From positions 1 to 29,318 of the IMG/VR virus record IMGVR_UViG_3300005764_000064: DNA of 29,318 nucleotides; one strand, 5' to 3'. The notes under the pieces are model-generated. The model worked only from the letters and a program-made list of their open reading frames with translations, ran no database searches and had not been told where the DNA came from. This document shows positions 18,390 through 26,622 of the stretch, piece after piece. Numbering within the stretch: the stretch's first letter is position 1; each line of letters begins with the position of its first letter. Source of the DNA: a virus. Its lineage: Duplodnaviria; Caudoviricetes. The translations under genes were made by a program, and so were the position numbers.

Positions 18390-18496
18390 TGCTCTTACTC
18401 CTTACGAGTGAGGTTGGCGGAGCCTCTAGATCAACGGGTCGTTGATCGTCCCTGGCCGAGGCTGTCCGTCACCGGACCTCGTCAGGAGCCGCTCGG
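18390..18496 (-). promoter_or_regulatory. Structured 5' leader of capsid gene
   Basis: GATCAACG/CGTTGATC (18429-18447) nested in AGCCTC/GAGGCT (18421-18463); GTCCG/CGGAC (18464-18477); weak stem over the SD. Confidence 0.5.
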
Positions 18497-19624
18497 TCAG
18501 GTCAGGCCCGTCAGCCCTTGCTGTACCGAGGTGGATGGCGGTGCGAGGAGCGACTGCTTGAAGAGCGAGATCCGCTCCTCCGAGGTCATCTCCTCAAGGG
18601 ACTTTCCCTCCGGCACCGCCGGTCGGAGGGATCCACTGGTCACCGTGGCAGCGAGCTTGCGCTGCTCGGCCTCTTGCGCAGCCGCCGCATCCGCCGCCTG
18701 CTGGGCTGCGGACTGGGCCTGAACGGCACGGCCCTGGGCGAGCTGCACGATCGCCTTCATCCCCTCCAGCTGCGTGCCCGGATCGGGAGAGATGATCGCG
18801 TTCTTGATCAGGGGCGAGGTCGCCTCGTCGTTGAAGGCCGGGACGACGTGCTCGCGCACGGTCGGCCATGAGGCGTCATCGACGTTCAGCTGCTGGCGTG
18901 CGGCCTCGGTCAGCATCGAGAACTGCTCCCGCGCCCGCATCTGGTCGAGGATCGGGTCACCCTGCTGCTGAGGCTCCTCGGCCTGTGCGGCCATGGCCTC
19001 CTCCTCCAGCAGGAAGTTGTCGTAGCGGGCAGCGAAGCGGCCCGCCGAGAACGGGTCCTGCTCCGACCAGACGTTGATCCCCGTCTCGATCAGATCGGGC
19101 CGGTTCTCCGCCAGCCAGTTCATCGCGTTCGCTGGCCCCTGCTCCTCGAACATCGTCTCCAGCGAGGCCGTCAGCTCGTCCGAGACAGGCTCGGGCAACG
19201 GCCCCTGCTGGGCATAGGCCTGCTGCTCGTCCAGCCTTCCCTCAAGCCGGGCGACCGTGTCGCGCAGGTCGCCCAGCTCGTTGCCCTGGCGTCCGATGAG
19301 ACTCTGCGCGTTGTCACGCTCTTGCAGCGCGGCGAGCAGAGCTGCCTCAGCGTCGCCCTCGTGCTGGGCGAGGAAGGCCGCTACGGCAGGGTCTTGCTCC
19401 GGTTCCTGCGGCTCGACCTCCCCGGCCTCTGGGGCCGGAGCCTCTGCCTCGGGTGCCTCGTCGCCGGGAAGATCCTCGACTGTCGGCGCGAACCGATCGG
19501 GATCCTCACCCTCGGGTTCGAGCGGGGCCATCGGCCCCAGTCCGCGGGCGGCGAGTGCGGCCTCGAAGCCGGTCTGGGAGTTCACGTCCTGCGGCGGTTC
19601 GAGGCCCGGTGTCTCTTCTGCCAT
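18497..19624 (-). CDS. Capsid scaffolding protein, 375 aa
   Basis: Very acidic, helical, AQSLIGRQGNELGDLR motif typical of podovirus scaffolds; directly upstream of capsid. Confidence 0.85.
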   Translation of the reverse strand: MAEETPGLEPPQDVNSQTGFEAALAARGLGPMAPLEPEGEDPDRFAPTVEDLPGDEAPEAEAPAPEAGEVEPQEPEQDPAVAAFLAQHEGDAEAALLAALQERDNAQSLIGRQGNELGDLRDTVARLEGRLDEQQAYAQQGPLPEPVSDELTASLETMFEEQGPANAMNWLAENRPDLIETGINVWSEQDPFSAGRFAARYDNFLLEEEAMAAQAEEPQQQGDPILDQMRAREQFSMLTEAARQQLNVDDASWPTVREHVVPAFNDEATSPLIKNAIISPDPGTQLEGMKAIVQLAQGRAVQAQSAAQQAADAAAAQEAEQRKLAATVTSGSLRPAVPEGKSLEEMTSEERISLFKQSLLAPPSTSVQQGLTGLT

Positions 19625-19626
19625 CT

Positions 19627-19643
19627 CACACCTCCTGGGTGTG
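19627..19643 (-). promoter_or_regulatory. SD-containing stem-loop CACACC-CAGGA-GGTGTG
   Basis: 6-bp perfect stem ending 2 nt before ATG 19624. Confidence 0.5.
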
Positions 19644-19645
19644 TC

Positions 19646-20023
19646 TTAGCGGTCGAGGCCGAACTGCTCGGCCTCACTACCGGCCCGCTCCTGCTGCGCC
19701 ATCCGCCAGGCCTTGCGGGCGGCAGCTTCGAGCGAGGCCTCGGCTTGCTCCGGGTGGCCGAGGATCCACTCGACACCCTGGTAGAAGCCGCGATTGAAGT
19801 CGATCTCCCCTTGCGGAATCGACTCCCCCTTCATCAGGCGCTTGGCCAGCTTGGCGAAGAACCGTTCCCGGTCTCCCTCCGCGTGCTCGCGCAGGCGCTT
19901 CCAGCCTTCGTGCTCCTTCAGGCTGTCGAACAGGTGTGCGTCACGGATCGTCGAGCGCACCCGCGGGTCTTTCTTGGCCCGCTCGGCGACGAAGTCGGCG
20001 ATCTGCTCCGGCGTCTCGGTCAT
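19646..20023 (-). CDS. Small protein between portal and scaffold, 125 aa
   Basis: Start reassigned to ATG 20023 (ATGA overlap with portal stop); MTETPEQIAD...GWKRL...RGFYQGV. Confidence 0.8.
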   Translation of the reverse strand: MTETPEQIADFVAERAKKDPRVRSTIRDAHLFDSLKEHEGWKRLREHAEGDRERFFAKLAKRLMKGESIPQGEIDFNRGFYQGVEWILGHPEQAEASLEAAARKAWRMAQQERAGSEAEQFGLDR

Positions 20024-21999
20024 CGCTGGAAGCCGCCGCGTGCGGCCAGCAGCCGCTGCATGTTGACCGCCGGACTCATCGACATCCCGCCCGCCGACGA
20101 GGGCTGCGAGGTGTCCACCGCCTGGCCCGAGGTGACGCCGAGGTTCGGCCCGCCGGGCTGCGGCAGGCCCTGGCCCTGGATCCCGACGAACTGCCCGGCC
20201 TGCTGGGTCTGGGTCGGGTCGAGCATGCCGCGCAGGGTGACCTTCGGCGCATAGCCCATCAGCATCGCGGCCATCGACGGGTCGGGCTGCTGCTGCGGCT
20301 CGAAGAAGGCCATCGCCTCGTCGTCCATCTCCCATTGCCGCATCCACCACAGGATGACCTGATGCATGTCGATCGGAGTACCCGAAACGTAACTCTGCGG
20401 GAATACCTGCTGCATCATTTGCAGCACGGAACTCGCCTCGGCTCGCCTTTCCTGGCGCAATTGCGACTCGCTGGCAAGCCGGAGATCGACGATGAAGTCG
20501 CCCTGAATATCGAGCGGGGAAAGCTGGCGAAACATCTGCTGTCCCTTGGGACCGGTAACTGCGATCAGTCGCCAGTCGGTGATGAACTGCTGGCAGTTCT
20601 TGAGCCGAAGCTCTGCCTCCTGCCTCAGGCCCTGTTGCACATGGAACTTCTTGCTCGCCAGCGCTTGCTGGGCGGCGTTCATCACGATCGTCGCGCCCGT
20701 GGCCGTCTTGTTGTCCACCGTCTGGGTGTCTGTCCCGGCGGCGAAGGGCGCGGCCTGAGTGATGTTCTGCAGGTCGCCCTTGATCAGCGACTCCGTCTCC
20801 AGGGTGGCCTGGATCAGCTGGTAGGGCGGGACGAGGGCCTGGACCTGGCTCGGGTCCTCGACCATCCAGCGTGCGCCGGGGTAGTACTCGAAGGCGTCGG
20901 GATCCTCGATGTCCGAGCGCATCAGGTAGATGGCGTTGTTGATCAGCTCGGTGTTGTCGAAGCGCTGGTTGGCGATCTCCCACAGCATGTCCTGCAGCTC
21001 GGCGATCAGCTCGATGTCCGACATCCCGATCGTCGAGAAGGGCTGCGGCATCGAGGAAGCGATGATGAACGGGTAGCCGCCGTGCCAGAACGGGTTCTGC
21101 TCCCAGTCCTTGAGCACGACCGTGCGGTTGCCGATGCAGCAGCGCTGGATCGTGCCCTGGCGCACGCCCCAGTACTCCAGCACCTCGATCAGGTCTTTGC
21201 GCTTCTGGGCCTGGAAGACCTCCGTACTCCTGTCCTTGTACTCGTTCTGCTGGAAGTCGCGGCTGCCCTTGAGCTGATCGACGTTGGAGAAGATCCCGCC
21301 CGCCTCCATCATCTTCAGCTGCTCGAACGAGTACCAGCAGCGGTGGATCACGTACTGCGCACCGCCGGGCACCAGCGGGTCGATGTCCCTGGCCGACTCG
21401 TGCACGATGAAGTCCCGCGGATCGACGATCTCCGTGGTCGAGCGGTCGTTGAGCACGCCGTCCTGGGTGATCTCGGTCAGGGTCGGCATCGAGTAGGTCT
21501 GCCCGCCGGGCAGCTGCACCTCGCGGCTGCCGACGCCCTGCTTGGTCACCGGCCCACGGGAGTAGTTCCAGTAGGTCTTGAGCACACCCCTGCCGCCGAG
21601 CGCCGCGGTCAGGTAGAAGGGCCGCTGCTTCAAGTCCATGTCGTCGGACTCGTACTCGGCCCGCAGCAGGTCCCTGACCGACTCGATCTCGTCGAGCATC
21701 TTCTGGGCCTCGTCCATCGAGAGGCCGATCTTCGGCTCCGGCTTGATGTCCATCGGCAGGCCGGGATCGACCTGATTTCCGACGATCATCTCGATCAGGT
21801 TGAAGGCATACGGCGGGTGGTACTTGTGCCGCCACTTCGCCGCCTCCGAGTTGGCCACCAAGACCCCGCGGTAGGCCCGCTCGCCCTTCTCGTAATGGCG
21901 CACGAAGGCCTGGTGGGACTTCTGGGCGTCGCCGAATTTCTTCAGCACCTCGTCGAGCGTGGCGTTCGCTCCGGGCGACTGCTGGACGGCGACGGCCAT
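20020..21999 (-). CDS. Portal protein (P22/SU10-like), 659 aa
   Basis: Size, position after terminase, VDPRDF, IEVLEYW, NPFWHGGYPF, TATGA motifs; Q/M/G-rich C-terminal tail. Confidence 0.9.
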   Translation of the reverse strand: MAVAVQQSPGANATLDEVLKKFGDAQKSHQAFVRHYEKGERAYRGVLVANSEAAKWRHKYHPPYAFNLIEMIVGNQVDPGLPMDIKPEPKIGLSMDEAQKMLDEIESVRDLLRAEYESDDMDLKQRPFYLTAALGGRGVLKTYWNYSRGPVTKQGVGSREVQLPGGQTYSMPTLTEITQDGVLNDRSTTEIVDPRDFIVHESARDIDPLVPGGAQYVIHRCWYSFEQLKMMEAGGIFSNVDQLKGSRDFQQNEYKDRSTEVFQAQKRKDLIEVLEYWGVRQGTIQRCCIGNRTVVLKDWEQNPFWHGGYPFIIASSMPQPFSTIGMSDIELIAELQDMLWEIANQRFDNTELINNAIYLMRSDIEDPDAFEYYPGARWMVEDPSQVQALVPPYQLIQATLETESLIKGDLQNITQAAPFAAGTDTQTVDNKTATGATIVMNAAQQALASKKFHVQQGLRQEAELRLKNCQQFITDWRLIAVTGPKGQQMFRQLSPLDIQGDFIVDLRLASESQLRQERRAEASSVLQMMQQVFPQSYVSGTPIDMHQVILWWMRQWEMDDEAMAFFEPQQQPDPSMAAMLMGYAPKVTLRGMLDPTQTQQAGQFVGIQGQGLPQPGGPNLGVTSGQAVDTSQPSSAGGMSMSPAVNMQRLLAARGGFQR

Positions 22000-22320
22000 C
22001 TACCTGCCCGGCCCCGCCTGCATCGCCTGCTTCAGGCCCATCACGGCCTGTAGCTGCGGGTTCATCCCCATCGCCTGGTGCACCTGCTCCTGCTGGTCGC
22101 CCAGCATCTTGTTGATGCTCTTGAGCAGGTCGGCGATCATCGCCCTCTGCTGCGGGTCGGTCTCCGCCGACATCGCATGATGCAGGGCGACCTCCGCGGC
22201 CTGGAGAGCTTCGTGCACCTTCAGGTCCTCGCCAGCGCCCCCTGGGTCGCCGTCGCCCGGCCCCAGGGGCATCGGAAGCGCCTGGGGTGGCGGGCCTGCC
22301 ATCGGTCCGAGTGCGGACAT
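22000..22320 (-). CDS. Small Pro/Gln/Met-rich protein, 106 aa
   Basis: Start reassigned to ATG 22320 with GAGGAG SD; stop abuts portal ATG. Confidence 0.75.
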   Translation of the reverse strand: MSALGPMAGPPPQALPMPLGPGDGDPGGAGEDLKVHEALQAAEVALHHAMSAETDPQQRAMIADLLKSINKMLGDQQEQVHQAMGMNPQLQAVMGLKQAMQAGPGR

Positions 22321-22328
22321 CTCTCTCC

Positions 22329-24047
22329 TCAGTGTGTGCGCACCGGGCTGCCCCGGTACTTGGTCTTGCGCACCACGGTGCGCCTGGAGGGCATTCGCCC
22401 GTACTGACGGAACATCTCCACCGCCAGGGCCAGCGAGAGCACCCGGTCGTCGTTGCAGCCCGCCTGGGCACGCGGACTGGGATTGGTCTCGGCGTAGACG
22501 AAGGTGCCCAGCTCCTGAATGTCGCCCGAGCTGACGAAGGGGAAGAGGCGCTGGCGCACCCAGTCCTTGAGATTGGTCAGCACCTGCTCCCTGAGCTTCA
22601 GGCCCATCGGGAAGCCGTACTCCTCGGAGATCGGGCGGTCGCCGCGGGTGAACTTCTTGTGCCGGTAGACCCGCCTGTATGCAGGCAGATTCGCGTTTCC
22701 GTCCTTGAGCGCGATGATCAGCGCGTCGCCGTAGCCGCCCTGGCGCTCGACCGCGATCATGGCGTCGTTGAACCAGCGGCCCAGGTAGTGGAGCTGGACA
22801 GCCGCCCGCGGCGCTTCCATCTTGGCGTGGAACTCGGCGGGGATCGCGCCCGTCTCCAGGTCGATGACGTGAGCGCTGGTGAAGTCCATCCCCCTGCCGG
22901 TCGCGCAGTCCACCGCGAGGGCATAGGGACGCTCGGGGATCGGTCGCTCGAAGATGTCGATCGAGCCGTCCTTGAACTGGACGAAGTTGGCCCGCCGCCT
23001 GCCCATCAGAGCGAACTGGCCCGTCAGGAGCGGGCGCTGCGTCTCGTGCCGGTACCACGTCAGCGCCTCCACGTCGAAGTAGAGAGCGCCCGAGAGCATG
23101 AAGGCGTCTGCCTCGGTCAGCGGGTACTGCTGGTTGCGCTCGACATCATCGAGCTTCATCGCCTCGTCCGCGTACCACTGCTCGTCGCGGGTCGGCTCCA
23201 GGTTCCAGGGCAGGAAGCGGTACTCCAGCTTTTTCTCGCGCCTGGTGTGGTAGAGCCAGTGAAAGTAGTTGCCGACGCCGGTCTCCAGATTGGAGACACC
23301 GGCAGCGGTCGAGATCATGACCAGCTTGGCCTTGCCGCGGGTCGTGGCCGGATTGATCGCCGTGTAGATCTCCCGCGCATGGTCCTGGCGGGCGACCTCG
23401 TCCATGATGGCGAAGGTCACCCTTGTGCCGTGGCCGTGCTTCTTGGTCGCGGGAAGCGCCTGGAAGCCGGAGATCCGACCGTCGCCGTGCTGGACTTTGA
23501 TCCACTCGGCTGGCTCTTCGGAGCGGGTCGGCGTCAAGACCTTGACATTAGGCTTGAGGGCGTCGGGCAGAGCCTGGTACATCGCCCAGGTGGCCTGCAC
23601 GAGCTTCTTGGCCTCGCCCTCCTCGTAGGAGTAGGCGACGCTGTTGGAGCCTGGCCGGTAGATCAGGAGCCAGAGCACATAGGCGCAGGCCAGCAGGGTC
23701 ACGCCGAGCTGCCGCGCCTTGAGGATCAGGTACTTCTTCTTCTCCGGGTCGTGCCACCACTCGACCAGCAGCGACTGCCAGTACCAGTCGTCCGTTCCGT
23801 CCTTGGAGAACTCCCACTCTCCGCCCGAGAGCGGCTCGATCGGGGCCTTCCAGTCCTGCGGCGGGAACATGCGGAACTCGATCCAGGCGTTGGCCACCTT
23901 GTCGGCGTCCGCCTGCGAGGGGTCGTAGAAGCGGATCTCGTTGATCAGGGCCTTGGGATCGGAGGCGGCTGCCTCACGCACCAGCTGCAGCCGGATCTCC
24001 TCGGCCAACCGCGCCAGCGCGTTGCGCTGGACTGCGCCTAGGTCCAT
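22329..24047 (-). CDS. terL: Terminase large subunit, 572 aa
   Basis: LILKARQLGVT (Walker A), AIMDE (Walker B), ISTA coupling motif, nuclease AVDCATG..D and NDDRV. Confidence 0.95.
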   Translation of the reverse strand: MDLGAVQRNALARLAEEIRLQLVREAAASDPKALINEIRFYDPSQADADKVANAWIEFRMFPPQDWKAPIEPLSGGEWEFSKDGTDDWYWQSLLVEWWHDPEKKKYLILKARQLGVTLLACAYVLWLLIYRPGSNSVAYSYEEGEAKKLVQATWAMYQALPDALKPNVKVLTPTRSEEPAEWIKVQHGDGRISGFQALPATKKHGHGTRVTFAIMDEVARQDHAREIYTAINPATTRGKAKLVMISTAAGVSNLETGVGNYFHWLYHTRREKKLEYRFLPWNLEPTRDEQWYADEAMKLDDVERNQQYPLTEADAFMLSGALYFDVEALTWYRHETQRPLLTGQFALMGRRRANFVQFKDGSIDIFERPIPERPYALAVDCATGRGMDFTSAHVIDLETGAIPAEFHAKMEAPRAAVQLHYLGRWFNDAMIAVERQGGYGDALIIALKDGNANLPAYRRVYRHKKFTRGDRPISEEYGFPMGLKLREQVLTNLKDWVRQRLFPFVSSGDIQELGTFVYAETNPSPRAQAGCNDDRVLSLALAVEMFRQYGRMPSRRTVVRKTKYRGSPVRTH

Positions 24048-24049
24048 GG

Positions 24050-24062
24050 CTCCTCCTGGGAG
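24050..24062 (-). promoter_or_regulatory. SD-containing stem-loop CTCC-CAGGA-GGAG
   Basis: 4-bp stem ending 2 nt before terL ATG. Confidence 0.4.
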
Positions 24063-24332
24063 TCAGCGTGGACGAGTGTCGATCGCCCGCTCGTCGATCC
24101 CGATGTCGTGCTCGTAGCGAGTCTTGCCGCCAGGCTCTGCGTACTCGCGCACCGGGTACTTGAGGCGGCGGATCGTGTCGGGCGGGATCGTGCGGGCCAG
24201 CTCCTCGGGAGATTTGCCGAGACGGCGTGCGATCCGCAAGAGCGGAGCCGCCATGGTCGCCGAGGAGCTGGCCTTCTTGGCGGGCTTCATCCAGGCGTTG
24301 ACCTTGGGGTCGATCGGGTCCTTACTCGGCAC
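24063..24332 (-). CDS. Basic hypothetical protein, ~89 aa (positional candidate for small terminase)
   Basis: GTG 24332 overlapping upstream stop; IARRLGKSPEELAR is HTH-like; no firm family motif. Confidence 0.55.
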   Translation of the reverse strand: MPSKDPIDPKVNAWMKPAKKASSSATMAAPLLRIARRLGKSPEELARTIPPDTIRRLKYPVREYAEPGGKTRYEHDIGIDERAIDTRPR

Positions 24333-24612
24333 CCTCGTCGCCCGCTTCTTCAGCCGCAGCACCTTCCTCACCCGCTGCCCCCTCTCCGGCAGCAGCCTCG
24401 GCTGCGGCGAGATCGACGTTCTCGGAGCCGGACGGCTCGGGCACTTCCTCGCCCGGCTCGGCACCGAGCAGCTGGTCGGCCACCGCGCCGATCTCGGCCT
24501 GGATCGAGGCGACGGCACCCTGGATCTGCTCGATCTCCTGGCTGAAGTCGAGCGCACCGATCGCGGCGGCGATCTCCTTCAGCTTGCTGGCGGCTTCCTG
24601 TACGGACGGCAT
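24322..24612 (-). CDS. Acidic Ala/Glu-rich coiled-coil protein, 96 aa
   Basis: GAGGAGGAG SD before ATG 24612; frame stays open upstream to GTG 24774 (CGDPKCGCH segment), so a longer form is possible. Confidence 0.7.
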   Translation of the reverse strand: MPSVQEAASKLKEIAAAIGALDFSQEIEQIQGAVASIQAEIGAVADQLLGAEPGEEVPEPSGSENVDLAAAEAAAGEGAAGEEGAAAEEAGDEGAE

Positions 24613-24766
24613 CTTCTCCTCCTCGGCTAGTCCTGCTGACTCATCGACGATACAGACGAAGACCTCGCCGCGTGAGCGCGAGCCGGGAAAGACCTCCAGC
24701 TCGATCCGCTCCATCTCCCGCATCCAGGCCAGCTGGTGACAGCCGCACTTCGGGTCGCCGCACTCC

Positions 24767-24913
24767 TCAATCACGGATCCGTCTTCCGTGGTTATCGACA
24801 AGACCCTGGCGGCGGCGCTTGCGCAGGTAGTCGCGCTGGTAGTCGCGGTTGGCCTGGACGCAGGCCTCGCAGTCACAGCCCTTGATGTAGCCCCAGCGCG
24901 TGCCGTGCTTCAC
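24767..24913 (-). CDS. Small Zn-binding protein, 48 aa
   Basis: MKHGTRWGYIKGCDCEAC..AN: HGT..Y..GCxCxxC motif common in high-GC phages; GTGA overlap. Confidence 0.75.
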   Translation of the reverse strand: MKHGTRWGYIKGCDCEACVQANRDYQRDYLRKRRRQGLVDNHGRRIRD

Positions 24914-25086
24914 TCGTGCGGCCAGCCGACGATATCGCCGTGCAGCTCGCGGCGGTGCTTCTCGAAGCGCTCGCGTGTCTCCTGGGCCAGCTCCCCGGAC
25001 AGATGCAGCGAGGAGTGCTCCAGGGCCGTGTACAGCGTCTCGACGGCGTCGAGCAGGGAGACGAGCGTCCTGCGCTCGGGCGTCAT
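24910..25086 (-). CDS. Hypothetical protein, ~58 aa
   Basis: Coding-like, fills operon gap; start could be GTG 25110. Confidence 0.6.
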   Translation of the reverse strand: MTPERRTLVSLLDAVETLYTALEHSSLHLSGELAQETRERFEKHRRELHGDIVGWPHE

Positions 25087-25093
25087 CCACGGC

Positions 25094-25267
25094 TCAGGAT
25101 GCGAGTCCACCGATGATCACCCCCAGGGCGGGAAGGACGAGGAAGAGCAGGACTCCGGCCACCGCCCACCAGTCGAGATCGGCCCAATGGAACTGCGGCT
25201 CGACAGGCTCGGGCGGAAGCGACGGCAGGAGCGTCAGGTGGCGCTGGCTGCGGGAGGGGCTAGGCAT
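25094..25267 (-). CDS. Small membrane protein, 57 aa, starts in repeat R1
   Basis: MPSPSRSQRH...WWAVAGVLLFLVLPALGVIIGG single TM. Confidence 0.7.
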   Translation of the reverse strand: MPSPSRSQRHLTLLPSLPPEPVEPQFHWADLDWWAVAGVLLFLVLPALGVIIGGLAS

Positions 25268-25269
25268 CG
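25245..25269. repeat. Direct repeat R1 (25-bp core)
   Basis: tggctgcgggaggggctaggcatcg, identical to the last 25 bp of R3. Confidence 0.95.
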
Positions 25270-25598
25270 GCGCTCGCAGTCCCACTCGGAGCGTCGCGCC
25301 ACGCCTGCAAGTCATCGAACGACGGCAGAACGGGTAGAGCGGCGTGCTGCGGGCACGTCTCCATGTGCGCGTTCCATGCGTCCCTCAACACGGTCAGCGA
25401 CTCTTCCTTGCGTTGAAGGTCAGCCTTGGCCCGTGCGTTGTTGAGTACCAGCCTGCGATTGGATTCCGCCAATCTCTCAGCATCCGCTACGAGCGCGTGA
25501 ACATCGCACGGCGTGTCGTCGGTGCAATACGGGCCGAATCCGCACCACGATTCCAGCTTGCGCGGCGTGTCGGTGTGGCTGCGGGAGGGGCTAGACAT
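25260..25598 (-). CDS. Cassette gene A, 112 aa, Cys/His motif plus coiled coil
   Basis: Starts in R2, stops in R1; C-x5-C-x5-C-x2-H; ~60% GC by hand count (25361-25560). Confidence 0.7.
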   Translation of the reverse strand: MSSPSRSHTDTPRKLESWCGFGPYCTDDTPCDVHALVADAERLAESNRRLVLNNARAKADLQRKEESLTVLRDAWNAHMETCPQHAALPVLPSFDDLQAWRDAPSGTASADA

Positions 25599-25600
25599 CG
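25565..25600. repeat. Direct repeat R2 (36 bp)
   Basis: gcgtgtcggtgtggctgcgggaggggctagacatcg, 35/36 identical to R3. Confidence 0.95.
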
Positions 25601-25839
25601 GCTGGCCTAATCCCTAGCGCCGCGCGTAATTGCGCGTTCTCAGACTCACTCTGCCGCAGCGCTTCTTCTAGCCGTTGAAGGTCAGCCAGCAGCGCGGAAT
25701 GGGCAAGAACTAGCGCCGACCGTTCCGCAATAGCCTGCCCGGAATCGCCGCGCGTGACGGCCTGCCCGAACCGCACCAGCGTTGACGCAAACTCCCGCTT
25801 CGTCAGCGTGTCGGTGTGGCTGCGGGAGGGGCTAGGCAT
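25591..25839 (-). CDS. Cassette gene B, 82 aa, coiled coil
   Basis: Starts in R3, stops in R2; rare codons (TTA, CTA, ATT); ~64% GC by hand count (25601-25800). Confidence 0.7.
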   Translation of the reverse strand: MPSPSRSHTDTLTKREFASTLVRFGQAVTRGDSGQAIAERSALVLAHSALLADLQRLEEALRQSESENAQLRAALGIRPADV

Positions 25840-25841
25840 CG
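25806..25841. repeat. Direct repeat R3 (36 bp)
   Basis: gcgtgtcggtgtggctgcgggaggggctaggcatcg. Confidence 0.95.
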
Positions 25842-26023
25842 AGAGCCTTGCGCAGCTCGATCATCAGCCACTCCGCCTCGAAGGGGACAAGCTCGACGAT
25901 GGTCACGCCGTGCGGATCCTCCAGCGAGAGCACGACGCTGCTGCGGCCCTCGACCGTGGAGACGGTGAGGGAGCGCTGGTTGTCGATCTCCAGCACGGCA
26001 TCGGGATCTTCGTCAAGCCGCAA
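25832..26023 (-). CDS. Hypothetical protein, 63 aa
   Basis: TTG start overlapping recombinase end; stop lies inside R3. Confidence 0.65.
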   Translation of the reverse strand: MRLDEDPDAVLEIDNQRSLTVSTVEGRSSVVLSLEDPHGVTIVELVPFEAEWLMIELRKALDA

Positions 26024-26615
26024 GCGTCTGCCTCATCGTCTCGGCCAGCTGCTCGATGTCCCAGTCGAGGTAGACATCGGCAGTGGTCTGGATCGAGGCG
26101 TGGCCGAGCAGCTTCTGCACCGCCTTCAGGTTGCCGGTCTGGTCCAGCACGCGCTGCCCGGCGGAGTGGCGGGCCTTGTGCATGCGCTGGCCGGAGAAGG
26201 TGCCCTTCTCGACCAGACCGGCAGCGTGCAGGCGTCCGTACCACCAGTCGTGCAGGCCGTGCACGCCCATGGGGAAATGGGGGTAGCGCCTGTGCTCGAA
26301 GCGACTACCCCCATCGTCGGTGTAACCGCGCCAGATCTGGCGGCGGCGACAGAGCAGGTAGTCCCCTTCCAGTCCGGCCAGGTCCTGCCACAGTGCAGGA
26401 TCGACGAGAGGGATCAGCTGCTCGCGTCCGTTCTTGGTCTTGATCCAGAGCCTTCTGCGCTCGTGATCGAAGTGACCGAGACGAACGCCTCTGAGCGCTC
26501 CCTTACGAAGTCCATAGTCGAGCAGCAGCCGTAGAGCCACACGATCGTGCGGACACGAGGCGGCAGCGAGGACGGCGTCGCGTTCTGCCACGGAGAAGGT
26601 GCTACGAGCAGCCAC
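26013..26615 (-). CDS. Tyrosine recombinase, catalytic domain only, 200 aa
   Basis: GLR (R), KTKNG (K), HKARH (HxxR), LLGHASIQTT (H), VY (Y): full catalytic set; no N-terminal core-binding domain. Confidence 0.93.
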   Translation of the reverse strand: MAARSTFSVAERDAVLAAASCPHDRVALRLLLDYGLRKGALRGVRLGHFDHERRRLWIKTKNGREQLIPLVDPALWQDLAGLEGDYLLCRRRQIWRGYTDDGGSRFEHRRYPHFPMGVHGLHDWWYGRLHAAGLVEKGTFSGQRMHKARHSAGQRVLDQTGNLKAVQKLLGHASIQTTADVYLDWDIEQLAETMRQTLAA

Positions 26616-26622
26616 ACGTCGG

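Noticed and set aside
19646-23058. ORF-track calls of 941 aa (19646-22471) and 352 aa (22000-23058)
   Set aside because: Only the 3' ends (from ATG 20023 and ATG 22320) are credible; the rest are alternate frames over portal and terminase. The same applies to the extensions of 9089-10852 and 12562-13299
25245-25841. 36-bp direct repeats as a CRISPR array
   Set aside because: Intervals are 295 and 205 bp and are full genes; repeats are not palindromic; no cas genes
25806-25841. Repeat as tRNA 3'-end/attB (CCCCTCCCGCAGCCA) or integron attC
   Set aside because: No TTCGA T-loop or cloverleaf; no RYYYAAC/GTTRRRY inverted ends
26013-26615. Recombinase as the prophage integrase marking an attachment boundary
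   Set aside because: Phage-type genes continue on both sides; it lacks the N-terminal domains; no att core identified
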